Assembly (NCBI GenBank): GCA_030614005.1
Contig: JAUWKS010000033.1
Span: 1-32,000, forward strand
Reading direction: 5' to 3'
Length of the DNA stretch: 32,000 nt
Origin: Candidatus Heimdallarchaeota archaeon
GTDB lineage: Archaea; Asgardarchaeota; Heimdallarchaeia; JABLTI01
Shown here: in pieces, positions 1 through 9,503 of the stretch
Layout of the letters: each line of letters opens with the position of its first letter
Position numbering within the stretch: the first letter of the stretch is position 1
The notes under the pieces: generated by a model
The model's database searches: none
What the model was told of the DNA's origin: nothing
The model's input: the letters and a program-made list of their open reading frames with translations, nothing else
Made by a program: the position numbers and the translations under genes

Positions 1-239
1 AACTTTCCATCAAGCGAACCAATGAGTATTTCCAAGTCGCCATCTTTATCTAAGTCTACTAAAGTTGGGGAACCTCGTATTTCTCCCCCAGTGGTATAAT
101 GCCAGAGTAAGGATACACCAATAGCAGTAGTACTGGGTGGATCTATCTCTGGAGGTAATCCTCCGTAAATTTGATCTGTAACAATAAATGCTGTCATTAT
201 TATTATAAGAAAAAGTGGTATTGCTTTAATATTTTTCAT
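1..239 (-). CDS. Secreted FG-GAP/VCBS-like repeat protein, N-terminal part (runs off the window start; absent from the ORF track)
   Basis: Hand translation from ATG at 239: MKNIKAIPLFLIIIMTAFIVTDQIYGG...LWHYTTGGEIRGSPTLVDLDKDGDLEILIGSLDGK. Signal-peptide-like N-terminus; SPxxxDLDxDGxLEILIGS is the FG-GAP-type Ca-binding beta-propeller blade pattern. Frame open to position 1. Confidence 0.8.
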   Translation of the reverse strand, partial: MKNIKAIPLFLIIIMTAFIVTDQIYGGLPPEIDPPSTTAIGVSLLWHYTTGGEIRGSPTLVDLDKDGDLEILIGSLDGK

Positions 240-473
240 CTTTGAACATCCTATATTAAATTTATTAACCTAGTTTCTTTTCGAAAATATAATAGGAATA
301 ACTAATACTTACATATCAAACTATTTAGTATTTTCTAAAATAGTACTTTGTGAGTTGTTAATATAATCTAAGAAACACAAAAAAAATACCTCTTTAGTAG
401 AGATTAATTAATTAATAAAATTTTACAAGACTATTTAAGAAATATTTTATACCAAGTCTGATTAAAGCATCTT

Positions 474-1376
474 ATGTTTCAGAAAGGACGAGATTATGTT
501 ATCCAATTACAAGATGGTCGAGATTTTGGATATTCACAAATAGGCAATCCCAAAGGTAAACCAATAATATTTTTCCATGGTTGGCCAGGTACGAGGCTTG
601 ATATTTCTTGTTTTCATGATGAAGCACTAAAATTAGGAGTGAAAATAATATCAATAGATCGTCCTGGGTGTGGACTTTCTACTTACCAGAACAGAAGAAA
701 AATGAACGATTTAGTACAAGATGTAGTCGAATTACTTGATCATTTAAAAATTACAAAAATATCTGTTCTTGGTTTTTCAACGGGGGGATTTTACGCTTTA
801 GACTTGGCAAAAGCATATCCAGAAATAATAGAAACTATTGGAATTGTAAGCGGAGTGCCTTACTATCAGTTAGAATACAAAAATAAGAATCTCCCAAGTT
901 TGTTAAAATTAGTAAAATTCATCTCGAAATTTCCTCTTCTTGTTAGATTCATCTCAAGAATAATGACCGATACAGGGTTAAATGGTTATAAAAGAAATCC
1001 AGAGAAAGAATACAAAAGAAGTCTGAAAAAATTAACTCCAATTGATAGAGAAACTTGGGAAAAAGAAAAAATCAAGTCATGGCTTATTGAACAATATTTA
1101 CCAGACTTGCAACAATCACCCAGAAGAGGAATTGCTCATGACCTTGTTTTATTAATGACTTCATTCTCTAATCAAGTAAAACGTCCTTCTGAACCTATAG
1201 TAAAATATCCTGTCTACTTTTGGCATGGAGAAGATGATACAATAATTCATCCTTTATCTTCCATTCAACAAGAAAAATTGTTTGAAAAATCCGAACTAGT
1301 ACTCTATCCAAGAGAAGGACACAAAATCATTTACACTCATTTTGAAGAAATAATACAAAAAATAACCTCAAAATGA
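474..1376 (+). CDS. Alpha/beta-fold hydrolase
   Basis: HGWPG oxyanion motif, DRPGCG, nucleophile elbow GFSTG, acid in WHGEDD, His in EGH. Confidence 0.9.
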   Translation: MFQKGRDYVIQLQDGRDFGYSQIGNPKGKPIIFFHGWPGTRLDISCFHDEALKLGVKIISIDRPGCGLSTYQNRRKMNDLVQDVVELLDHLKITKISVLGFSTGGFYALDLAKAYPEIIETIGIVSGVPYYQLEYKNKNLPSLLKLVKFISKFPLLVRFISRIMTDTGLNGYKRNPEKEYKRSLKKLTPIDRETWEKEKIKSWLIEQYLPDLQQSPRRGIAHDLVLLMTSFSNQVKRPSEPIVKYPVYFWHGEDDTIIHPLSSIQQEKLFEKSELVLYPREGHKIIYTHFEEIIQKITSK

Positions 1377-1448
1377 GAAGGAATTAAAGAGCTCTTCTTT
1401 ACATTATAAAACAAAAATATTAATTAAAAATCAAATGAATATGAATCT

Positions 1449-3182
1449 ATGAGCTCATTTTCATTAGAAAAAAAAGAAGATATCTCTATTGTACTCTGTG
1501 GGGCAGCAGGTCAAGGGATAAAGACTGTGGAGCAATTTTTAACACACGCTTTATTCCAAGACGGTTATAATGTTGCAACCACAAAGGAATATATGAGTAG
1601 GGTGAGAGGTGGCACAAACTCTACTGAAATACGGATTTCTTCAAACAGGGTTTCTGCTTTTGTTGATAGAATAGATATTTTTATTCCATTAAATAAAACA
1701 GCAATTGCCAGGCAAAGAAAAAGAATTACTTCTGATACCATTATTATTGGAGAACCAGAGAATATTTCAAATGAGATTGACTTAGCAAAACACAAAGTCA
1801 TTGAAGTATCTTGGTCAAAAATCGCAGAAGAAATTGGAAATAAAATCTATTCTAATGTAATTGCTGCAGGTCTGATTGCTGAACTTTTCAACTTGGATAA
1901 GGAAATTGGTAGAAAATATCTCCGAGATAGGTTTGCTTCAAAAGGAGAAGAGATTATTGAGAATAATTTCAAAGCATTTAACAAAGGGTGTGAAATTGCT
2001 GATGAAATTATCAAAGAAAAAGGTTTGAAAATTGCAATTAAGAAAGATCCAAAAAATAGCAAAATGTCGATGTACGATGGTGCGTCAGTAGTAGGTATGG
2101 GAGCTATTGCAGGTGGCTGTAATTTTATTTGTTCCTATCCAATGAGCCCATCCACTGGTGTGTTGATCTTCCTTGCTAAACACTCTGATGAATTCGAAAT
2201 TTTAGTTGAACAAGCGGAAGATGAAATTGCTGCGATAAACGCAGGATTAGGTGCTGCGTACGCAGGCGCACGTGCCCTTGTTTCTACCTCTGGTGGAGGA
2301 TTTGCTTTAATGGGTGAAGGAATTAGCCTTAGTGGGATGATCGAAACACCAATAGTCATTCATGTTGCTCAGCGACCAGGACCAGCTACTGGATTGCCAA
2401 CACGAACTGAACAAGGAGATTTAGAATTAGTTCTCTACAGTGGACATGGAGATTTCCCAAGAATTATTTTAGCTCCTGGATCTTTAGAGGATGCTTTCTC
2501 AGTAACACAAAAGGCATTCAACATGGCTGAGAAATATCAAACACCGGTTATAATCCTAACTGACCAGTTCTTTATGGATCTTTACTATAACTTCTCACCA
2601 CCTGATATTTCACAATTTACTATAGAAAATACCGTTGTGAAAACAACAAAAGATTATCAAAGATACAAACTAACAAAAGATGGAATATCTCCAAGAGGAA
2701 TACCCGGTTTTGGTGAAGGTTTAGTACGAGCAGATAGCGATGAACATGATGAGGACGGATTTATTACAGAGGATCTTGACGGTGTTAGAATCAAAATGGT
2801 TGAAAAGAGATTCAATAAACTCGCTGAGATAACCAAAAATGTCATCCCTCCAGATTTGCTTGGAAGTAAAGATTACAAAACATTGGTTATTGGGTGGGGC
2901 TCAACTTATACAGCGATAAAGGAAGCAATAGAAACCATCGGTAGAGATGACATTGGTTTTCTCTATTTCAAACAAGTATATCCTCTTCATCCGGATACAA
3001 GAAAATGGCTCAAAAAAGCTGAAAAACTAATCATTGTTGAAAATAATGTTACAAGTCAATTTGGTAAATTGATCCATCTTTTCGCTGATATTAAAATCAA
3101 AAATAAAATATTGAAATTCAATGGAATGCCTTTCTCTGTTGAAGAATTAATAGAGAAAATAAAGAAAATTGTGGAGGCCTAA
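1449..3182 (+). CDS. korA: 2-oxoacid:ferredoxin oxidoreductase alpha subunit (gamma-alpha fusion); substrate not determinable
   Basis: GAAGQGI...YMSRVRGG gamma domain, YPMSPST, EDEIAA, STSGGGF, QRPGPATGLPTRTEQGD, GWGST. Confidence 0.95.
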   Translation: MSSFSLEKKEDISIVLCGAAGQGIKTVEQFLTHALFQDGYNVATTKEYMSRVRGGTNSTEIRISSNRVSAFVDRIDIFIPLNKTAIARQRKRITSDTIIIGEPENISNEIDLAKHKVIEVSWSKIAEEIGNKIYSNVIAAGLIAELFNLDKEIGRKYLRDRFASKGEEIIENNFKAFNKGCEIADEIIKEKGLKIAIKKDPKNSKMSMYDGASVVGMGAIAGGCNFICSYPMSPSTGVLIFLAKHSDEFEILVEQAEDEIAAINAGLGAAYAGARALVSTSGGGFALMGEGISLSGMIETPIVIHVAQRPGPATGLPTRTEQGDLELVLYSGHGDFPRIILAPGSLEDAFSVTQKAFNMAEKYQTPVIILTDQFFMDLYYNFSPPDISQFTIENTVVKTTKDYQRYKLTKDGISPRGIPGFGEGLVRADSDEHDEDGFITEDLDGVRIKMVEKRFNKLAEITKNVIPPDLLGSKDYKTLVIGWGSTYTAIKEAIETIGRDDIGFLYFKQVYPLHPDTRKWLKKAEKLIIVENNVTSQFGKLIHLFADIKIKNKILKFNGMPFSVEELIEKIKKIVEA

Positions 3183-3185
3183 AAA

Positions 3186-4034
3186 ATGTCTGATAATATT
3201 TTCGATTTAGGTGAAATAGATATCTCATGGTGTCCAGGATGCGGGGATTATGCCATCCTACGAACATTAAAAGAAGCACTTGTGGAATTGAACATCAAAC
3301 CAAAAGATCTTGTTATGGTTTCAGGTATTGGTCAAGCAGCAAAATTACCTCAATATTTGAAATGTAATTATTTCAATGGTCTTCATGGAAGATCTCTACC
3401 TCCAGCTTGGTCAATTAAAGTAACAAACCCTGAACTAACGGTTATAACTGAAAGCGGGGATGGTTGCTCATATGGTGAAGGCGGGAACCACTTAATTCAT
3501 ACGATAAGAAGAAATCCCAATATTACTAACATCGTTCATAACAATATGATCTATGGGTTAACAAAAGGACAAGCATCTCCAACATCACAATTTGGTTTGA
3601 AAACTGGTGTGCAAGTCGATGGAGTCATTCTTACTCCTTTTAATCCATTATCTTTTGCAATAGGACTTGAAGCATCATTTGTTGCAAGAACTTATGCTGG
3701 AGATCAAAAGCATATGAAAGAAATGATGATAAAAGCAATCGAACATGAAGGGTATGCTTTGCTAGATATCCTCCAACCATGTGTTTCATTCAATAAAGTA
3801 AATACATACAAATGGTTCAAGGAACGCATCTACTATCTCGAAGAGTCTCATAATCCGAAAGATAAACTTGAAGCAGTAAAAAGAGCTTCAGAAACAGATA
3901 GATTTCCATTGGGAGTATTCTATATTAAAGATAAACCAACCTTTGAACAAAATCATGATTTGTATCAAAAATCTGATGAAGCACTCTATAAAAGAAAACG
4001 AGATCTCAAGAAATTCGCAAAGAAGTTCTTCTAG
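3186..4034 (+). CDS. korB: 2-oxoacid:ferredoxin oxidoreductase beta subunit
   Basis: WCPGCG, SGIGQ, HGR, TPP-binding GDG...[20 protein letters not shown]; starts 3 nt after the alpha subunit stop. Confidence 0.95.
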   Translation: MSDNIFDLGEIDISWCPGCGDYAILRTLKEALVELNIKPKDLVMVSGIGQAAKLPQYLKCNYFNGLHGRSLPPAWSIKVTNPELTVITESGDGCSYGEGGNHLIHTIRRNPNITNIVHNNMIYGLTKGQASPTSQFGLKTGVQVDGVILTPFNPLSFAIGLEASFVARTYAGDQKHMKEMMIKAIEHEGYALLDILQPCVSFNKVNTYKWFKERIYYLEESHNPKDKLEAVKRASETDRFPLGVFYIKDKPTFEQNHDLYQKSDEALYKRKRDLKKFAKKFF

Positions 4035-4066
4035 ATCTCCAAAACCTTCTTTTTTTTATTAGAAAA

Positions 4067-4543
4067 TTATCCACCTGGACTACCGTGGAATGGAGCATAT
4101 TTGTACATCCAATCTTCCAACATATCTTCTGTGAGAGTTTCCTTTTCAATCAGTGCTTTTAGCAATGTTTTGAGGAAAGTATGATGTCGAACTTCATCTT
4201 TGTGAATTTCACTGATGACAGTTTTCACTGAATCTGAAGGAGGATCTTTCAATATTTCTTGATAGGTTTCAATGGCTTTTGCTTCCAATTCAATATGTTT
4301 CTCAATGGTTGCTTTTATCTCATCAAAACTCTCTTCTTCGATCAATGGAGTTGGACCTATGAGCATACCTTTCAATGCACCTAAAAGTAAAGCATGTTTC
4401 TTAGAGTCCATCGTAATACCTCTAATCAACTCCCTAACAAGGATATTCTTAATGTTATCAACACTGGCATTGGAAATTTCGATAATCTCTTTTTCCAAAG
4501 CTATTTGTTCATCAAGAAACTCAATTAATTTTTCTTCATCCAT
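4067..4543 (-). CDS. Small ferritin-like (four-helix, di-iron) protein
   Basis: Two repeated helix pairs with carboxylate/His ligands (LEKE...DSKKH; LEAKAIETY...DEVRH); C-terminal PFHGSPGG. Confidence 0.75.
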   Translation of the reverse strand: MDEEKLIEFLDEQIALEKEIIEISNASVDNIKNILVRELIRGITMDSKKHALLLGALKGMLIGPTPLIEEESFDEIKATIEKHIELEAKAIETYQEILKDPPSDSVKTVISEIHKDEVRHHTFLKTLLKALIEKETLTEDMLEDWMYKYAPFHGSPGG

Positions 4544-4757
4544 AATGTAACACCTTTTAGCTATTAATTAGTAACAATAACAAACATTCCATTTAAAACC
4601 TATTCCTAAATAATCTGAGATAAAAGAGTTTATTTTTTCTTAGTAAAATAAAATAAATAAACAAATAAATAAATAGTTAACAAAAATCAAGCTGCTGCGA
4701 TGGATTAAAAAACAGTAAGGGTATAACAAAGATAAGTAATAATTCGAGTGTTTGATT

Positions 4758-4916
4758 ATGGTAATAACACCTGATGGTCCTTGGTTTTATCTAATTATCT
4801 ACGGTAGTTTTATGGTTTTTATTTTTATTGTTGGAATGATACTTTCTCTCACTCAAAAGAATAAGGGAAAGGGTAAAGAACAAAAAACAGAAGACGATAA
4901 CCAGACACCAATTTGA
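4758..4916 (+). CDS. Small single-TM membrane protein, 52 aa (below the ORF track cut-off)
   Basis: Hand translation: MVITPDGPWFYLIIYGSFMVFIFIVGMILSLTQKNKGKGKEQKTEDDNQTPI. One TM helix followed by a basic/charged tail; fills an otherwise empty 480-bp gap. Confidence 0.6.
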   Translation: MVITPDGPWFYLIIYGSFMVFIFIVGMILSLTQKNKGKGKEQKTEDDNQTPI

Positions 4917-5026
4917 AATCTGATTAATAATCTATTGTAGAGAAATCCTTTAACTTTAATTTCTTTCACAGAAGCTTTTATTATAGTAAGAGAATTAGTT
5001 CCATAGACTAAACTGAGGTTTAAAAA

Positions 5027-5329
5027 ATGCATGAAGATTTAGACTTTGTAATTGAATCAGGAACTAAAAAACCAGCAGACATAACAATTTACGCATTATC
5101 CACTTGCGGTTTTTGTAAAAGTGCTTTGAACTTTCTTCGCGAGAATGATATTGCTTTCAAATATATCTATGTAGATAAACAATCATCTCAAGTTAAAGTT
5201 CAGATTAAGAAAGATTTACGAGATAATTATGAAGAGAGATTGGGCTTCCCCTACTGTGTTGTCAATGGTGGAGAAAAAGTTATGGTAGGATTCAAAACAG
5301 AAAAATGGGAAAAAGCCTTTCTAGTGTAA
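5027..5329 (+). CDS. Glutaredoxin/NrdH-like redoxin
   Basis: YALSTCGFC (CxxC), cis-Pro motif GFP, VGF..W at the C-terminus; GAGGT upstream. Confidence 0.9.
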   Translation: MHEDLDFVIESGTKKPADITIYALSTCGFCKSALNFLRENDIAFKYIYVDKQSSQVKVQIKKDLRDNYEERLGFPYCVVNGGEKVMVGFKTEKWEKAFLV

Positions 5330-5350
5330 TATAATAAATCGTACAATAGT

Positions 5351-5710
5351 GTGATGAAGATGCCCGTGCCTAAAAAACTGAAGACCAAAGAAGAAGTCCG
5401 AAAATTTGTTGAAATGGTTGCAAATAAACAAGGTTGGTATTTGCACCCCGATGAGAAATTTTTAGTTATGTTAATTGAAGGCTTACAAAGTAATTACAAT
5501 GAACATGGCTATTTTGGTTGTCCTTGTAGGTTATTAGAAGGTGACAGAGAACACGATAAAGACCTTCTTTGCCCTTGTGACTATTGCAATCCTGATCAAT
5601 TAGAATATGGTCATTGCTATTGTGGACTCTATTGTACTCACGAATTCCATGCTTCTGGTAAGACACCAGACGGAATACCAGAAAGACGACCAGAAGAGAA
5701 ATGGTTCTGA
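5351..5710 (+). CDS. Ferredoxin:thioredoxin reductase catalytic-subunit-like protein
   Basis: GCPCR, LCPCDY and HCYCGLY: three CxC motifs of the FTR [4Fe-4S]/disulfide site; directly downstream of the redoxin. Confidence 0.9.
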   Translation: MMKMPVPKKLKTKEEVRKFVEMVANKQGWYLHPDEKFLVMLIEGLQSNYNEHGYFGCPCRLLEGDREHDKDLLCPCDYCNPDQLEYGHCYCGLYCTHEFHASGKTPDGIPERRPEEKWF

Positions 5711-5737
5711 TAGTCTTTCTAATTTTGATAAAGTGTA

Positions 5738-6385
5738 CTATTTTTTCCTTTTAAAATGGATAACTAACATAATCAAAGCTGAAATTATTAATCCAAAGAT
5801 AACCTTGCTTGTAATAGAAATATTGATTGTTGATACGTAGGAGAAATCAAAAGATGGTACACCATTTCGTATCCTCATCAATGCTCTTGTTGAATTTAGC
5901 ATCGTTTCACCATAGCCATAGAGGTATAACCAAAGAATATACGTCCCATCTGGGATTATTTCAATTCCCCCTTCATCAAGAAACAAATAACTTACAGATG
6001 TTATCTTTCTTTCTCCTGCTGGAATTGTTTCATTCATTTCTGCCGGGAATATACTACTACAATAGCATTTAAAACGAAAGGTTAGTTTTTCATTCTTTAG
6101 ATTTATCGAGGCATTCGTTCCAAACATTTGTTCAGGATATGTTGGAAATACTAGCTCAATAGGACCATTTGGATTGTTCACCGTTGCATTGGTTGTTATC
6201 TCAATAGCTGATTTATTCTCATCACTATAGTCCTCTATCCATTTCCATTTTATATCAGTAATATCTGTTTTGATATTTTGAAATTCACCACTAGTTTCTA
6301 GGATCGGATTAACAATACTATTAAAACAACATACTATACCTACAATTACTAGCGATAAAACACTCTTCCTTATCATTCTCCTCAT
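5738..6385 (-). CDS. Hypothetical secreted/surface protein with C-terminal TM anchor and basic tail
   Basis: N-terminal basic plus hydrophobic signal; ends VIFGLIISALIMLVIHFKRKK. Confidence 0.7.
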   Translation of the reverse strand: MRRMIRKSVLSLVIVGIVCCFNSIVNPILETSGEFQNIKTDITDIKWKWIEDYSDENKSAIEITTNATVNNPNGPIELVFPTYPEQMFGTNASINLKNEKLTFRFKCYCSSIFPAEMNETIPAGERKITSVSYLFLDEGGIEIIPDGTYILWLYLYGYGETMLNSTRALMRIRNGVPSFDFSYVSTINISITSKVIFGLIISALIMLVIHFKRKK

Positions 6386-6581
6386 TTAATAATAACTCAA
6401 ACAGCTTTAATTAGTTTTCTTCTTTTCGAATTACTACTAATCCTTCAGGGTCAATTGATATTGTGGACTCTATTGTACTCTAGAATTCCAAGATCATTGG
6501 TATCAATACTATCAACCAAAAACAAGATAATTAATGATGAATGATATAATGTATGTATTTATGAAGTGTTGAGGGTTTTAA

Positions 6582-7142
6582 ATGAAAAGAAAAATGGATT
6601 TACTGAAAACGATAATGCTACTGTCATTATTCTTTCTTTCTTTCTCCTTTTTTGTACAAGAGATAAAAGCAAAAGAATTTGATAATTGTCAGCTTTATAG
6701 AATCAATCAATATATCGAAGAAGAATTATCTATTGATTGGGATTGTTCTCGATCACTGGCAACACCTTATGTATACGCCAGTGGAATAGTTTTTGTGAAT
6801 ATGACACTTCTACCTACTTCTAATTCAAATGTTTCACTTATATTTGTAGATGATGAGAGAGTTACCTGGTCACCGATACCATTGGATAACTTTACTCTAA
6901 ATCAAGGTGAAAGTTATTCACAAACCTTTGCCTTGGTAAGCAGTGGAGTAGGTTATTCAGGTAGCATCCATTTTTCCTGTGCGGTGTTACAAGAAAATGC
7001 TACTGCAACCATACTCTGGGGTTACAATGTTCTGATTAAAGGCACTTCTCCGGTTTCTTTGGGTTTCATACCTGTTTTAATTGGATTAATACTTCTATCT
7101 TCGAGTTTCTATTTACTAAAACGAAAATCTAAGAAGAATTAA
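6582..7142 (+). CDS. Hypothetical secreted/surface protein with C-terminal TM anchor and basic tail
   Basis: Signal peptide ending IKA; beta-rich body; ends LGFIPVLIGLILLSSSFYLLKRKSKKN. Confidence 0.75.
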   Translation: MKRKMDLLKTIMLLSLFFLSFSFFVQEIKAKEFDNCQLYRINQYIEEELSIDWDCSRSLATPYVYASGIVFVNMTLLPTSNSNVSLIFVDDERVTWSPIPLDNFTLNQGESYSQTFALVSSGVGYSGSIHFSCAVLQENATATILWGYNVLIKGTSPVSLGFIPVLIGLILLSSSFYLLKRKSKKN

Positions 7143-7395
7143 TCCCTTTATTTTTTTTAAAATCTTTAAACTTCATTCCTTTTCCTCATAAAATCTCTAT
7201 AAGTTACTTATTTCTCAGTGTATTTCTTTTCCGCTGATTTGCCCTTTTATATTCCTCATCTGCACTTTTTAGTAATTATTGACTTACTAAACCAAAACTT
7301 AAGGAGGTCTATCCGATAACTCCAAAAAAAGATTGGAAGCAAAAACAAATTTAGTCATTTATAAAGAATAGTTAAGAACAAGGACCTATATTTCC

Positions 7396-8337
7396 TTATT
7401 CTTGATTTACAATTAATCCTTTGGAGTCAATGGTAATTGTTGATAATGCTTTTCCCTTCGTTTGATTTAGTGCTGTTGTTATTTTATCTCGAGTATCTTC
7501 TGTAACCAATGCAAGCATATTATCACCTACCCCTGCTCCTGAGAGTTTAGCACCAAGTGCATCATTATCAATTGCAGCCGAAATCAATTCTTCAAGTATA
7601 GATGAACTAACATTTAACGCTCTTAGCAAATCTTGATTTTCGTTCATCAAATTACCCAAAGTTCTTTGATCATTCTCTAATATTGCTTCTTCTGCATTAA
7701 TTACAATTTCCCTTATTCTATCGAATATTTTCTTGGCTTCAATAGGATCTTTGTATTCATAATCACGAACTTGCTGAACAATAGGTCCACTTGGAGCTTT
7801 AAACCCAGTATTGCCCACAACAAATTTTACATTCTCATAAGGCAATGACTTCGGCTTCCTGCCCATTTGAAATTTTATAATACCGCCATAAAGTGAGGTA
7901 GCAATATCTAAACCACTACCGTACCCTTTGAAATCTTGGTTGAAATCAATGCAAATCTTCAGGAATTCAAGTCTGGATGGCATGATATCGAAGTAGGTAA
8001 AAAGTGCTCCATATAGTGCAACAATAAGCGCTGCCGAGCTTCCGAAACCAGATTGAATATCAGACTCAATAACGATATCAAGTGGTTTTTCTGAAAGACT
8101 GTATTTTCTAAAAAAAGTAGCAATAAGACTTGAAACCATATCCAATTTCATCGTTGGATATTCTTCTTGATAAACATTGAACTCTTTACTAGTGAGTAAA
8201 ATTTTATGCACTTTGCATTTTGAGAGAGTAACTGTTAAACGCTTGTTTACAGCAAATACAATTGCCGGTTTTCCTCGGCTACTAGCATGTTCTCCAAAAA
8301 GAATTAATTTTCCTGGTGCTGAGCTAATTATTTTCAT
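7396..8337 (-). CDS. GHMP kinase of the mevalonate pathway (MVK scaffold with phosphomevalonate-kinase-like motifs)
   Basis: PGKLILFGEH, SGFGSSAA ATP loop, GSGLDIATSLYGG, GAKLSGAGVGD; co-oriented directly after mvaD. Confidence 0.85.
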   Translation of the reverse strand: MKIISSAPGKLILFGEHASSRGKPAIVFAVNKRLTVTLSKCKVHKILLTSKEFNVYQEEYPTMKLDMVSSLIATFFRKYSLSEKPLDIVIESDIQSGFGSSAALIVALYGALFTYFDIMPSRLEFLKICIDFNQDFKGYGSGLDIATSLYGGIIKFQMGRKPKSLPYENVKFVVGNTGFKAPSGPIVQQVRDYEYKDPIEAKKIFDRIREIVINAEEAILENDQRTLGNLMNENQDLLRALNVSSSILEELISAAIDNDALGAKLSGAGVGDNMLALVTEDTRDKITTALNQTKGKALSTITIDSKGLIVNQE

Positions 8338-8367
8338 CTAATCATCCTTCGTTTGTTCGAGTATTAT

Positions 8368-9378
8368 TTAAAATAAATGTTCATTTACAACTTTAACCCC
8401 TGGTCCTGGTTTACTCGAGATTATTTTCTCTGGGAGAATTTTTTCCTCAAGCTGTTTTACTATTTCATGCTCAAATTTTGGTATTGTTAAAATGTGTAAA
8501 TTTGCTCCAGTATCTATTGTATAGTAAGCATCTATTTTTTCTTCGCGAAGATTTTCAACGAAATGCATCACTTTTACAGTGTCAGGTGTCCAGAAAATTT
8601 GCGGAGGATTTGAAGTGATTGCTACAGAATGCATTGAAAGGCAATCCATTTCAGCAACTGACCCTAATGAATTGAAATCTCTCTCTTTTATAGCCAATCT
8701 GATTTTAGCAAGATTTGTATCCAAAGTATCTAAACGAGATTTAAAGAAAGGACTTGTCTTTATTGATAATTTCATAGCATCTCGAGTGCTCATTTTTCTT
8801 TCAGGTGTTTTCAATACAACAACGATATCTCGTATATCAAACCAATTTTCATCTGCTAATTGGATAGCGTAGGATTCATTTTGTTCGTTATTGGCAATCC
8901 ATTCAACATAACCACCATAAAAGGATCTACAAGAGGACCCCGAACCTCTTCTAGAAATCATTGATAATTCTTTTTTGTCTAGCTTCAAACCAGCTGCATT
9001 TGTTGCAGCGGATGTTAGTGCTGCAAAACCAGAAGCAGAAGAAGCCAATCCGGCAGCAGTTGGAAAATTGTTTTCAGAATAAACCTTGGCTTTAACATTT
9101 GTTTGAGAGATTTCACGTATAATTGCAAGATGGTCTACAACTCTCTTCAAAGGTTTACCAGTTTGTTCAGTGCCATTCAAAATGAAATTATCTTTAGTTA
9201 ATTCTTCTGAAAATTCAACTGTTGTAGTAGTTGTAAGTGCTTCTGTTGTGAATGAAATACTGTTGTTCATTGGTATAATCAGTTCTTCATCTCGTTTTCC
9301 CCAGTATTTGATTAGTGCAGTATTGGAATGGGCTATGGCTGTGGTTTTCGTTGTGATCACGCTCTTTAGTATAATCAA
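8368..9378 (-). CDS. mvaD: (Di)phosphomevalonate decarboxylase; alternative GTG start at 9360
   Basis: AHSNTALIKYWGK, NNFPTAAGLASSASG, RRGSGSSCRS, YYTIDTGAN. Confidence 0.95.
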   Translation of the reverse strand: MIILKSVITTKTTAIAHSNTALIKYWGKRDEELIIPMNNSISFTTEALTTTTTVEFSEELTKDNFILNGTEQTGKPLKRVVDHLAIIREISQTNVKAKVYSENNFPTAAGLASSASGFAALTSAATNAAGLKLDKKELSMISRRGSGSSCRSFYGGYVEWIANNEQNESYAIQLADENWFDIRDIVVVLKTPERKMSTRDAMKLSIKTSPFFKSRLDTLDTNLAKIRLAIKERDFNSLGSVAEMDCLSMHSVAITSNPPQIFWTPDTVKVMHFVENLREEKIDAYYTIDTGANLHILTIPKFEHEIVKQLEEKILPEKIISSKPGPGVKVVNEHLF

Positions 9379-9503
9379 TACGAATTACTAGTAAATAAAG
9401 TCTATTCAATTACTTTCTATTTTACCTATTTCTTATGTAAACACTTAATTAATCTATCAAACCACAATACTTCTTAGTTATTGTAAAAAATGGGGGATTT
9501 CAA

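Noticed and set aside
1565-2845. Minus-strand ORFs 1565..1801, 1847..2062, 2135..2359, 2657..2845
   Set aside because: Antisense shadows fully inside the well-supported OFOR alpha gene; no motifs.
4272-6072. ORFs 4272..4550, 5466..5666, 5607..5840, 5827..6072
   Set aside because: Overlap better-supported genes on the opposite strand or frame; no recognisable features.
7143-7395. Protein-like minus-strand fragments (LLKSADEEYKRANQR...; LIEIL*GKGMKFKDF) in a 250-bp gap
   Set aside because: Several stops, no start and no family recognised; cannot be supported as a pseudogene.
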